A stretch of 47,012 bases of DNA from Candidatus Heimdallarchaeota archaeon. Lineage in GTDB: Archaea > Asgardarchaeota > Heimdallarchaeia > Hodarchaeales > Hodarchaeaceae. The notes beneath the pieces were generated by a model. The model had not been told where the DNA came from. It made no database searches and worked only from the letters and a program-made list of their open reading frames with translations. Made by a program: the position numbers and the translations under genes. Location: positions 1-47,012 of the forward strand of contig JBHLSH010000020.1 in the NCBI GenBank assembly GCA_048881705.1, read 5' to 3'. Every line of letters begins with the position of its first letter. The first letter of the stretch is position 1. Of the stretch, positions 22,164-30,322 are shown piece after piece.

Positions 22164-23543
22164 CTAAAAAGCGGAATTGAGCCTCTTTCCAATGTTGGAA
22201 ACAGTAGTGAAATTTACGATAGGAAAATCTTGAGAGTTGACTTCTCCTCCTGAAATGACAACCAGATACGGGATTTCCCCTAAACTATCAGCGTATTTTT
22301 TCATATATTTGTCAAATCGATCACCGATCACCATTGCCCGATTACCACAGTCAAAAAAGAGGCCAAATGCTGAATTAGGGGTTACAAGTTCTTCCAAAGC
22401 GTTTTCTAAAAGGTTTTCAATCGTATTTCTGCTTTGATCAGCAATAAAGGCTTGAAAATGGTCTGGATCGTCAGCTCTCAATTTCTCGACAACCTGATTA
22501 GGAGCAGTGATAAGAGCGTGTTTAAGATTCGGATTTACCGCTAATGCGTACAGATTTTGTTTTTGTTGGCTATCGATGACACAAACTGGACGATAAGGGT
22601 GGTAATAGAAGGCAGATTGAGTACATCTTTCCAGAATGTCAGGGGTGTCAGTCATCCCAAAAAGGTCAAGTAAAGCGTGAGCTCCCCACTTTCCTTGAAT
22701 GCGTGGAATAAACCCACCTTTAATGAAGCTGTCGATGTTAAATCCTTTATCTGGCAGAATTTCTGCTCCGGTATCACTTCGGCTTTCAAAGACCAATTCG
22801 GAAGATCGAATTGAGATATAAGTCAAAGAATCTTTGTAGGCACGGTAATTATAGAATTGAAAGGCTTTGTACAGATTAAGAGGATCGGCTCCAAAAGTAC
22901 CAGTATAATGAATTCCATTTCTGTACAGCTGGGTAAACAAAGACCATGTTGAGGAGTATGAAATCCCTATTCCCGCAATATCAAGCAAAAATTCTACAGG
23001 TTTTCCAATAATCCTTGATAAAATAGGAAATCTACGCCAGATGGGTAAATTGAGCATGAAAAAAGGGTTAATACCTTCAATTCTGTGATTCAACATATCT
23101 GCTATGAATTTGGGAAAGCCAACGCCTGGCGGAAAAAAAAGAAACGTTGAGTTTGCATTATTATCTTGGGCAATTTTTTTTTCTCGAATACAGTTTTTTA
23201 CAATTTTCTTCGTTTTTTTCTTCGTTCCGATCCGAAAACGTTTAAGCAGATAAGATTTGGCCGTCAAACCTGTAAACATCATGAGACCTACGCCTTTCAG
23301 GCCATAATCTTGTCGATTCCCAATCCCTAATCCAGAACACCCAGCCATCGGAACATCAGAGTACGCTTCCTTTAATATAGCTAGTGCTTTGTTATAAGTT
23401 TTTGCTCCCCCAAGATGTGATCCTGTAAAATAAAGGATCAAGTCGGGCTTGACCTTTAAGTCAGCTTCAGCCTGTTCTAGAGCAATTGTAGTTGCCTGTA
23501 CTAGATCATGATCAATACATAATCCAACAGCGGCTTTTATCAT
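22164..23543 (-). CDS. FIST-domain sensory protein
   Basis: KPDLILYF, VPMAGCSG, FGLFFDCGNR and ISGGEV are FIST_N/FIST_C-like motifs. The ATG at 23543 (MIKAAVG) lies 2 nt after the upstream stop. Confidence 0.8.
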   Translation of the reverse strand: MIKAAVGLCIDHDLVQATTIALEQAEADLKVKPDLILYFTGSHLGGAKTYNKALAILKEAYSDVPMAGCSGLGIGNRQDYGLKGVGLMMFTGLTAKSYLLKRFRIGTKKKTKKIVKNCIREKKIAQDNNANSTFLFFPPGVGFPKFIADMLNHRIEGINPFFMLNLPIWRRFPILSRIIGKPVEFLLDIAGIGISYSSTWSLFTQLYRNGIHYTGTFGADPLNLYKAFQFYNYRAYKDSLTYISIRSSELVFESRSDTGAEILPDKGFNIDSFIKGGFIPRIQGKWGAHALLDLFGMTDTPDILERCTQSAFYYHPYRPVCVIDSQQKQNLYALAVNPNLKHALITAPNQVVEKLRADDPDHFQAFIADQSRNTIENLLENALEELVTPNSAFGLFFDCGNRAMVIGDRFDKYMKKYADSLGEIPYLVVISGGEVNSQDFPIVNFTTVSNIGKRLNSAF

Positions 23544-23545
23544 TG

Positions 23546-23986
23546 TTATACACCAGTTAGATTTTTCCCGTCTATTATCCATCCCAGTAATCGTGCACTA
23601 CGGCTCATTTCAATCTCCATGAGGCCAGTATTTACCCGTGGATCGAGAATAGATACCAAAATACTTGAGTTCCCTGCACGATAGAAATACACAGGAGTTG
23701 GCTCCTTTTCTCCGATATCTTTATCATATTTGACTGATTGTGACCCATTTTGCAGTTGTTCCATTGTTCTCGTGATTATTTTTTTCACCCATGCAATAAT
23801 TATCAGCAATCTCTGAGAACGTTGGTGACTGTAAAAGGCATGTAGGACTTTACCATCTAAACGAAATAGTAGTGCGGCATCGACATCACTGAATTGCGCC
23901 AAATATTCTATTTGTTTGTTTATGCCACTTACTACATCTAATAAGTGATGAGCAATGGGTTGTGGCTTAGTCATTGGTAATGTCAT
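23546..23986 (-). CDS. Roadblock/LC7 (MglB-like) fold protein
   Basis: Helix, then VDAALLFRLDGKVL, helix, strand pair, SILVSIL, and helix NTGLMEIEMSRSARLL. This is the Roadblock/profilin-like pattern. Confidence 0.65.
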   Translation of the reverse strand: MTLPMTKPQPIAHHLLDVVSGINKQIEYLAQFSDVDAALLFRLDGKVLHAFYSHQRSQRLLIIIAWVKKIITRTMEQLQNGSQSVKYDKDIGEKEPTPVYFYRAGNSSILVSILDPRVNTGLMEIEMSRSARLLGWIIDGKNLTGV

Positions 23987-24725
23987 AAACCACTATTCCT
24001 TTATTCTTTTCAAAACCTATGGGTTGCGGTGTTTCACTATGTGCGGAACCACGAAATTTGCGGACATTCAGCGTGCGATTGTAAACGCCGCCCAACCCTA
24101 TTCGATCTAGCTCGATTATCGAATCCGATAGAAAGAGCGGGACTCTAGCAAGAGTTTCACCGAATCCCTTTTCTACTGTAATAACAGAAGTACCAATTTT
24201 TCTCAAAGATGCGAATATTCTATTGATGACATTCCGTTGTTGGTTTGGATCGGGAATTTCAAGAAGCAATGGAGTGAGGGGATCAATTGCAATACGGATT
24301 CCACCATAGTGCTTTTCTGCGGTCTCTTTTATGATGGAAAGATATTTTGGAAGTTCTGACATAAAAAAACGTAGACCTATCTCTCCTGACGTTAAATCGG
24401 AAGCTTCGCTGAAAGCAACCTGAAATTGAAGACTTCCTTGGTTGTATTTCTCCTCAAATTGTTTCAATCCGATATCATGACAATCTCGAAGCACGGAATC
24501 GAGATTTTGCTCTAATGAAACATAGAGTGCGGGTGTGTTTCTATCTTCGGAAGAGAATTGCCAACAAAATGTGGATTTTCCACATCCTGGATCCGCAATT
24601 ATAACGTTAACTGAATATTTCCGGAAACCGCCATGAACCAGGTTATCAAAACCAGGAACACCACTCGGAATCCTTTCTTGAGTATTTGTAATCCTATTTC
24701 GTAATAACCTTTGCAATACTATCAC
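23967..24725 (-). CDS. Single-domain KaiC/RAD55-like RecA-superfamily ATPase
   Basis: RIPSGVPGFDNLVHGG, ADPGCGKST, YVSLEQ, RIAIDPL, RTLNVRKFRGSAH. Confidence 0.88.
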   Translation of the reverse strand: MIVLQRLLRNRITNTQERIPSGVPGFDNLVHGGFRKYSVNVIIADPGCGKSTFCWQFSSEDRNTPALYVSLEQNLDSVLRDCHDIGLKQFEEKYNQGSLQFQVAFSEASDLTSGEIGLRFFMSELPKYLSIIKETAEKHYGGIRIAIDPLTPLLLEIPDPNQQRNVINRIFASLRKIGTSVITVEKGFGETLARVPLFLSDSIIELDRIGLGGVYNRTLNVRKFRGSAHSETPQPIGFEKNKGIVVYDITND

Positions 24726-25347
24726 CTAATGACCTTAAGACATTATCAGTTTGTTTCGAAACGTTAACGGGAAGATTAGTAGTGGGATCGAGTGTTCCTT
24801 TCTTGAACGAATCAATGAAATCAATGATGGCTCCAAATATTTCGAAAACTAGCTGTGCATCTCTTGCTGAACATTTAAAAGAAGTAAAACATTGAAATTG
24901 ACGGTGAAATGGCGTAAGTTCGAAATTTCTCTCTTCAGGAGTAGCTAGATCAAGTTTAGTTCCTATTAGAAACCTCGGAACCTTGGGATCAATGAATTCC
25001 AACCATTCGGGGAGCGAAAAGAGCGTTGATAGATCTGTAAGATCGAAACATAAAATTGCAGCATCTGCTCCGATACAAAACTCTCGGAATACCCCCATGT
25101 TCTTGAACTGCTCTTGGCCCCCGAAATCCCAGATTTGGAGCTTATGTTGACGGCTTCTACGATCGTACATAAGTTTGGAATGGAATTCTACTGCAATTGT
25201 CTGTTTAGTATCTGGAGAAAAGGAGCTTGAGGTAAAAGACTTCGAAAGTGTGGTTTTTCCAACCCCCCCCTCTCCGAGAATGACGAGCTTCAATGGTTTC
25301 TTGCTTTTTCGTGGCAGGAATTTCACGAGATGCACCAATCTTCTCAT
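24694..25347 (-). CDS. Rab/Ras-like small GTPase
   Basis: G1 GEGGVGKT, G2 TIAVEF, G3 WDFGGQ, G4 TKLD, G5 CSA. Confidence 0.92.
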   Translation of the reverse strand: MRRLVHLVKFLPRKSKKPLKLVILGEGGVGKTTLSKSFTSSSFSPDTKQTIAVEFHSKLMYDRRSRQHKLQIWDFGGQEQFKNMGVFREFCIGADAAILCFDLTDLSTLFSLPEWLEFIDPKVPRFLIGTKLDLATPEERNFELTPFHRQFQCFTSFKCSARDAQLVFEIFGAIIDFIDSFKKGTLDPTTNLPVNVSKQTDNVLRSLGDSIAKVITK

Positions 25348-25460
25348 CCTCCATATTGGTTTTAACTACCCAAATTCTATTTCTTGACATCCTCATTATC
25401 CTTCGGCAGAGAATTTTGGGGTTATTAAAAGAGGATCTGGTTCACATATACTGATTGTAA

Positions 25461-25679
25461 ATGAGATCGGCCAAACTCATGTGTAAGCGTCTGTTAACAG
25501 CGGTAACCACTAGATTCACGAGAAAGAAACGAGGCTCCCCATTGGTTGAAGAGGGAATTCTTATCGGTCTTAGTCTCTTTGGATTTCTCTTGATCCTCTC
25601 AATTGTCACTGGGGTTTTAGATTGGCTTCTAGTTAATGCAGATGAACTCCTCAGGAAATTGGGCTCCCTCTTTTCTTGA
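25461..25679 (+). CDS. Flp/Tad-like small pilin with class III signal peptide
   Basis: Basic leader RKKRG|SPLVEEGILIGLSLFGFLLILSIV: Gly at -1, Glu at +5, then a hydrophobic helix. 72 aa. Confidence 0.75.
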   Translation: MRSAKLMCKRLLTAVTTRFTRKKRGSPLVEEGILIGLSLFGFLLILSIVTGVLDWLLVNADELLRKLGSLFS

Positions 25680-25717
25680 ACAAGGTTCTTAGTTTGGGAG
25701 TAATTCCCCCTCTCAAA

Positions 25718-25822
25718 TGGACCGAGTGGGACTCGAACCCACGACCTCCGGGGCTCTTGGACAAATGATGCACGATCATCTGCTTGCAAGCCAGGCGCTC
25801 TACCAAGCTGAGCTATCGGCCC
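25718..25822 (-). tRNA. tRNA-Ala(UGC) with 31-nt canonical 37/38 intron (25754-25784)
   Basis: GGGCCGA/TCGGTCC+A with G3:U70, D arm GCTC/GAGC, TGC anticodon, T arm GTGGG-TTCGAGT-CCCAC. BHB central helix CTTG/CAAG with bulges CAA and AGC. Mature length 74 nt. Confidence 0.92.
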
Positions 25823-25853
25823 TACTTGTAAGAACGAAGATAATCTGTTACTC

Positions 25854-25865
25854 TTAAAAGGTTTT
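25854..25865 (-). promoter_or_regulatory. BRE/TATA element for tRNA-Ala
   Basis: Minus strand AAAACCTTTTAA, about 30 nt upstream of tRNA G1. Confidence 0.55.
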
Positions 25866-26431
25866 CAATCTGAGTTGCGAGGTTTGTCTTTCCAAATCCT
25901 TAAAGGTTCGTACTTAGATCGGAACCGTAGCTGTTCCAAATAACGAAAAACCGTGCTATGCTTGGATCCTTGAATGAGGTGTTGGATGGCTTCCCGCGCA
26001 TGCTGAATTTCAGTCAACTCCCCAATTATAGAAACCTGATTTCCAAAAACTGAAATAACAGTTTCGGTGCTGGTTTCAATCATTCTTTTTGCTTTTCCTT
26101 TTTCTCCAATAATTCGGGATTTAAGACGCTTTATATTGCTTTTTGAACCTTCCAAATCAATTGTTTCCAAAAAAATGTCATCGTCCAAAAGATTAAATGC
26201 GGCCGAAGGACTAAATCCCCTTCCAATAGCGCGCACAATATCACGAACGGTCCATACCAAAATGGGGTCTGGAGTGTTCTCTGTTGCCAATATATGGACC
26301 GATCCCTCTCCACTATCGACCTGAATTATCATTTTCGTAATAGATTCCAATTCGTCCTTAACCTCCCCTTTTCTCCCAATCAACACTCCAATCCGACTCC
26401 GCGGGATCTTCACGTGACATTCTATAACCAT
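25865..26431 (-). CDS. KH-domain pre-rRNA processing protein (Dim2/Pno1/Krr1 family)
   Basis: RIGVLIGRKGEVK, VRAIGRGF, RIIGEKGKAKRMIE, GSKHSTVFRYLE. Follows rio1. Confidence 0.92.
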   Translation of the reverse strand: MVIECHVKIPRSRIGVLIGRKGEVKDELESITKMIIQVDSGEGSVHILATENTPDPILVWTVRDIVRAIGRGFSPSAAFNLLDDDIFLETIDLEGSKSNIKRLKSRIIGEKGKAKRMIETSTETVISVFGNQVSIIGELTEIQHAREAIQHLIQGSKHSTVFRYLEQLRFRSKYEPLRIWKDKPRNSD

Positions 26432-26448
26432 TTAAAATTTGACTCCTA

Positions 26449-27306
26449 TCAAGCAAGCTCATCGTTAACGGTACTTAACAATTCCTCAAGTACGGTGTTA
26501 GTAGAGGGGCCATCAACCCCTTTAAGGGAAAATGTGGAGAGGACATTTTCTAAATCACGTTCGAGAAATACTCTTGCTTTTGGGTGAGAGATGAGAACGC
26601 TTTGGCCCATGTCGATAAAATAGGGCCTTGTGTCCTTCATTAAAATATTAAATGGGGATAGATCTGCATGAATTAGTTTCGCTTCAGAGAACAGGCATTT
26701 CATTTGTGTGAGAATTTGGGTCAATGTGTCTTTTGTAAATGCGGTAGGGGTCTTTTTTAGCAGGGGGGATGGTTTTCCTTCTTTTCCAATTAGTTCCATT
26801 ATAAGAATGTTTCGTCTTACTAGAATAGGACGAGGAACGCTCACTCCCGCTTGGTCGCTACGCTGAAGATTCCGAAATTCTTTTTCTGCCCATAATTTTA
26901 TGATCTTCCAGCTCTTTTTGCTGTGCTTTTGAAAACGGACATCTCCAGTAATATAATCAGAAATTCGCTTAAAGTTGAGAGTACGAGTCCGGTAAATCTT
27001 GACTACAATTGGCGATTCAATGGAAAGCGATTTGCAGTGTTTCTTGCCTTCCCGGCCAAGTTCTGCCAAAAAGACCCCTGCTTCTTTACCAGAAGCTATG
27101 GTTCCAGTTATTGGGCCTAGGAACTCCTTGGCTTGGAGCCGCTCCAATTCTATAGAGGTACTCTTATCGAGTACCGCATCTAAAGTTTGGATATCTTCCG
27201 TACGTTTCCTTCGTTTTCGCCAAGAGTCCGTCTTTTTATCATAAGATTCCCAGATCCGTTTATCATCTGGCCGCATCCTTGAGGGCCCCCAATATCTATC
27301 CAACAA
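26449..27306 (-). CDS. rio1: RIO1-family atypical serine kinase
   Basis: IASGKEAGVF, VVKIYRT, WAEKEFRNL, IHADLSPFNIL, FIDMGQ. Confidence 0.93.
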   Translation of the reverse strand: MLDRYWGPSRMRPDDKRIWESYDKKTDSWRKRRKRTEDIQTLDAVLDKSTSIELERLQAKEFLGPITGTIASGKEAGVFLAELGREGKKHCKSLSIESPIVVKIYRTRTLNFKRISDYITGDVRFQKHSKKSWKIIKLWAEKEFRNLQRSDQAGVSVPRPILVRRNILIMELIGKEGKPSPLLKKTPTAFTKDTLTQILTQMKCLFSEAKLIHADLSPFNILMKDTRPYFIDMGQSVLISHPKARVFLERDLENVLSTFSLKGVDGPSTNTVLEELLSTVNDELA

Positions 27307-27874
27307 GCCGTCCGTATTGTCTAGATGTGATTCGGGGTTGAATTAATTCACAATTTGGACATTTCAAAGTATTTCGACGTTTAAATTCTAGCTCAGATCC
27401 ACAATGATTGCAAAATGCTTGGATTACACCCAACCCCTCACCCACCAGTCCTACATCAACAACATTATCGGTTCTAACCAGACGACAGCGCACCCAGTCT
27501 CCCGGTCGGACGACTTCATACATATTTTTCACGAAACTCCGAGAGACTTCCCAAATATATAGACTGGCCTTTATCGGAGGGGTGGTCTCGCGCTCATTTA
27601 GGCGATAAATTTCCACAGATGCCATTTTATTCTTAACAAATTCGACTCGCCCAATTCCGATATCTCCCGGCTTGATGGTTTGATACTGCTTGTCAGGTTC
27701 CACAGAAATCTTGTGTTTTTGTGGATCTGTGACCACACGACCTGTTACCGATGAATAAATACTACCATCTTGTTCATAACATGTTTCATCAGGTAAGAAT
27801 TCTTCAATAACAGCGATCTTATCACCTGGAAGAACCCGTCTCTCGCTAGATAAATTCTGATGCTTTTTACTCAT
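27296..27874 (-). CDS. csl4: Exosome complex RNA-binding subunit Csl4
   Basis: VLPGDKIAVIEEF N-terminal domain, S1 domain (RPGDWVRCR), LGVIQAFCNHCG...CPNC Zn ribbon. Confidence 0.92.
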   Translation of the reverse strand: MSKKHQNLSSERRVLPGDKIAVIEEFLPDETCYEQDGSIYSSVTGRVVTDPQKHKISVEPDKQYQTIKPGDIGIGRVEFVKNKMASVEIYRLNERETTPPIKASLYIWEVSRSFVKNMYEVVRPGDWVRCRLVRTDNVVDVGLVGEGLGVIQAFCNHCGSELEFKRRNTLKCPNCELIQPRITSRQYGRLVG

Positions 27875-28000
27875 TTCCAGTTCCTATATGCCACTTACCA
27901 ATACGGCCTTAAGTAGCTAGGGTCTTAGAGAAGTTATTGTCATGGGGCCTAATCCCTACCCAGATTAAGCATCGTGTTCCATTTTCTAAGAAAAAAAACA

Positions 28001-28693
28001 TCAATAGATTCGTAAAACATCGACAAGAACCTTGTGCTGAGCCTTTCGATGGAACTGAAATTGAGGTGCTAAGATAAAATTCACGGTGGCTAAACGGTCC
28101 ACCCGTTTTCCATGTTCTGAACTCACTTTTTCTATCAACTTCCGAGTTGGCTTGTTCGCCTTGTGAAGAGAAATAATAGTTTCTGAGTACTGTAAGGCCT
28201 GTTCTAAAAACACTAGATCAATTTTTCGCCGTTTTGTTCCGAAAGGAGGGTTCATGATCGTTGTTTGAAACCGTTTTCCCCACAATTCAGGCTCAAGAAA
28301 TTCTATGGCAGTGACGAGTAACTCGATATCCAGTGTTAGTTGCTCCCGCTGCTGGGCAAGTGTCAACACCCCTTCCCAGTCCACATCGACTCCTAATGTT
28401 TGTGCTGCAAAAAATTTCTGAATAGGAAGTGTAAATCGGCCTGTGCCACATCCTAGTTCTACAACAGTTTTTCCAGTCAAATCATCCGCAGCCAATATAA
28501 GAATAAATGCAATTAAATCACTTGGTAGTGAATATTGTTCAAGAGAAACTTTCGGATCCCGAAACCCAGCTATCTGATCAATAAACTTAGTGATCTGTAA
28601 ATATAAATCAACCGCTGCGGGGCCCAATGTTATGCCTCGTGGAAACACGACCTCGTAGCCCGAATGGGAGAAGCGGGACCGCATTGAACTCAT
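28001..28693 (-). CDS. METTL5-like (COG2263-type) N6-adenine rRNA methyltransferase
   Basis: PKVSLEQY, VELGCGTG, MNPPFG, F.FH C-terminal motif. Adjacent to csl4. Start uncertain. Confidence 0.85.
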   Translation of the reverse strand: MSSMRSRFSHSGYEVVFPRGITLGPAAVDLYLQITKFIDQIAGFRDPKVSLEQYSLPSDLIAFILILAADDLTGKTVVELGCGTGRFTLPIQKFFAAQTLGVDVDWEGVLTLAQQREQLTLDIELLVTAIEFLEPELWGKRFQTTIMNPPFGTKRRKIDLVFLEQALQYSETIISLHKANKPTRKLIEKVSSEHGKRVDRLATVNFILAPQFQFHRKAQHKVLVDVLRIY

Positions 28694-29082
28694 TCGCTAG
28701 ATGTATAACCTGTAACACCAATATTGGTAGCTCTTCTAATACTTTGAGAAGTATTACTCTATATCTATCTGGACGCGTCAAATCGTAAGGATAGTAACAT
28801 TGCTTGACATAAAAATCAACCTTACCTTTAATAACCATCTGGGATAGGTGGTTCTATATATGAGCCAAATTATAATTGCGAAATCGGAGCCCGATTATTT
28901 ACTAACCTTATTTACGAAAAACCAAGCACAAGGGATTAATCGTTTGTTAAAAAGTAGATTTCCCATTATTAAGTATATTTCAAACAAATATCCCTTGATC
29001 TAAAATCCTTGTTTTCTTCAATTTTCTTTTCCTCGTAATGAAATTTTAATAATATGCATTAAATTTACTGAGAGAGATACAA

Positions 29083-30192
29083 ATGGCATCAAGCGCAAAC
29101 TCAAAACATTTGGTCGTTATCAGCAAGCATGATAACAAATTTACTGCCTTGGCAGAGGTTTTGGAAAAAACCGCTTTTTTCGACATACTAGAGCGGCATT
29201 TCAAAGGATCAAACAAAGCAAGAGAGGATTTTTCAATCGTTATAAAACCCAACATAATGATGGCTTATTCAAGAAAAGATCCATCTACTATTACTGATCC
29301 TGAGTTAGTGGAATACCTTATCAATGAAATTATTAAACGAGGATTCTCAAAAATTAGCGTTATTGAATCTCAAAACGTTTTTGGAAATTGGTTTCGAAAT
29401 CGTGATGTCGTGACTGTGGCGACATACTTCGGGTATTCTGGTAGTAATTACAAGATAGTGGATCTAACGCGTGAGAAGGTTCGTTATAGGTTTAAGGGAC
29501 GTCTTGGAAAGCACTGGATAGGTCCGACCTGGCGGGATGCTGATTTTCGAATTTCCTTTGCAAAAAATAAAACCCACTTCAGTTGCTATTTCACCTTGAC
29601 TCTAAAAAACCTTTATGGCTGCATGCCCTTACAGAATAAGTTCAAAGAATATCACCAAAAAAAGGAATTCGACTGGCCAACCATAGAAATGTTGAAAGAG
29701 TTTTGGTGCCATTACGGATTAATTGACGCATATTGGAGTGCGGATGGGCTATGGGGCCTTAAATCTGATGATACTCCCGTACCTACGAAGACAATTATTG
29801 GTGGGGAGAACATTATCGCAGTGGAGGCAATAGGGGCTAAGAAAATGGGGCTGAATCCGATGCAAAGCCGGATATACAAACTGGCGGTCGAAGAATTGCA
29901 ATACAAACCCGATATTGAGTGTCAAGGGGATGACTCGGTGTACGAATCGTGGATTAATGTTCCCCCCTTCATGGATAAGTTTATGGATGTAGGCGAGGAA
30001 TTCTACCATGTATCAAATAAGCTAGGATTCATCAGCAGCGAAATGGATCCCTTCTTTCCCCCCAAAACCACAAATCCAATTGTACGAGGGATCAGATGGT
30101 TATTTCTCAAAATAGCCAGGATTTTCTCTCGAGCGGAATCCAAATACGCTGAATGGCACAGCTATGTGTCCAAACAAATAAAAAAGATATAG
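29083..30192 (+). CDS. DUF362-family protein
   Basis: IVIKPNI, TDPELV, KNKTH, TLTLKNLYG, LIDA...DG pattern. Confidence 0.75.
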   Translation: MASSANSKHLVVISKHDNKFTALAEVLEKTAFFDILERHFKGSNKAREDFSIVIKPNIMMAYSRKDPSTITDPELVEYLINEIIKRGFSKISVIESQNVFGNWFRNRDVVTVATYFGYSGSNYKIVDLTREKVRYRFKGRLGKHWIGPTWRDADFRISFAKNKTHFSCYFTLTLKNLYGCMPLQNKFKEYHQKKEFDWPTIEMLKEFWCHYGLIDAYWSADGLWGLKSDDTPVPTKTIIGGENIIAVEAIGAKKMGLNPMQSRIYKLAVEELQYKPDIECQGDDSVYESWINVPPFMDKFMDVGEEFYHVSNKLGFISSEMDPFFPPKTTNPIVRGIRWLFLKIARIFSRAESKYAEWHSYVSKQIKKI

Positions 30193-30322
30193 ACTTCGCT
30201 TGTTAGAGAATTCTGAGGGTTTATATTCCTCCGAATTTTCACCCAAAGCAAAGATCAACAACTCGAGGTTCCCGTCAAACTCAGGAGACAATTCTTTCCT
30301 TGCGTAAGGAAAGGGATTTCTG

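Noticed and set aside
23967-24725. Circadian clock KaiC
   Set aside because: Single domain, no Ser-Thr phospho-site equivalent, and no kaiA or kaiB.
25442-25789. 115-aa minus-strand ORF
   Set aside because: It overlaps tRNA-Ala and is antisense to the better-supported pilin gene.
28608-28838. 76-aa minus-strand ORF upstream of the METTL5-like gene
   Set aside because: It overlaps the methyltransferase 5' end in another frame and has no recognisable motif.
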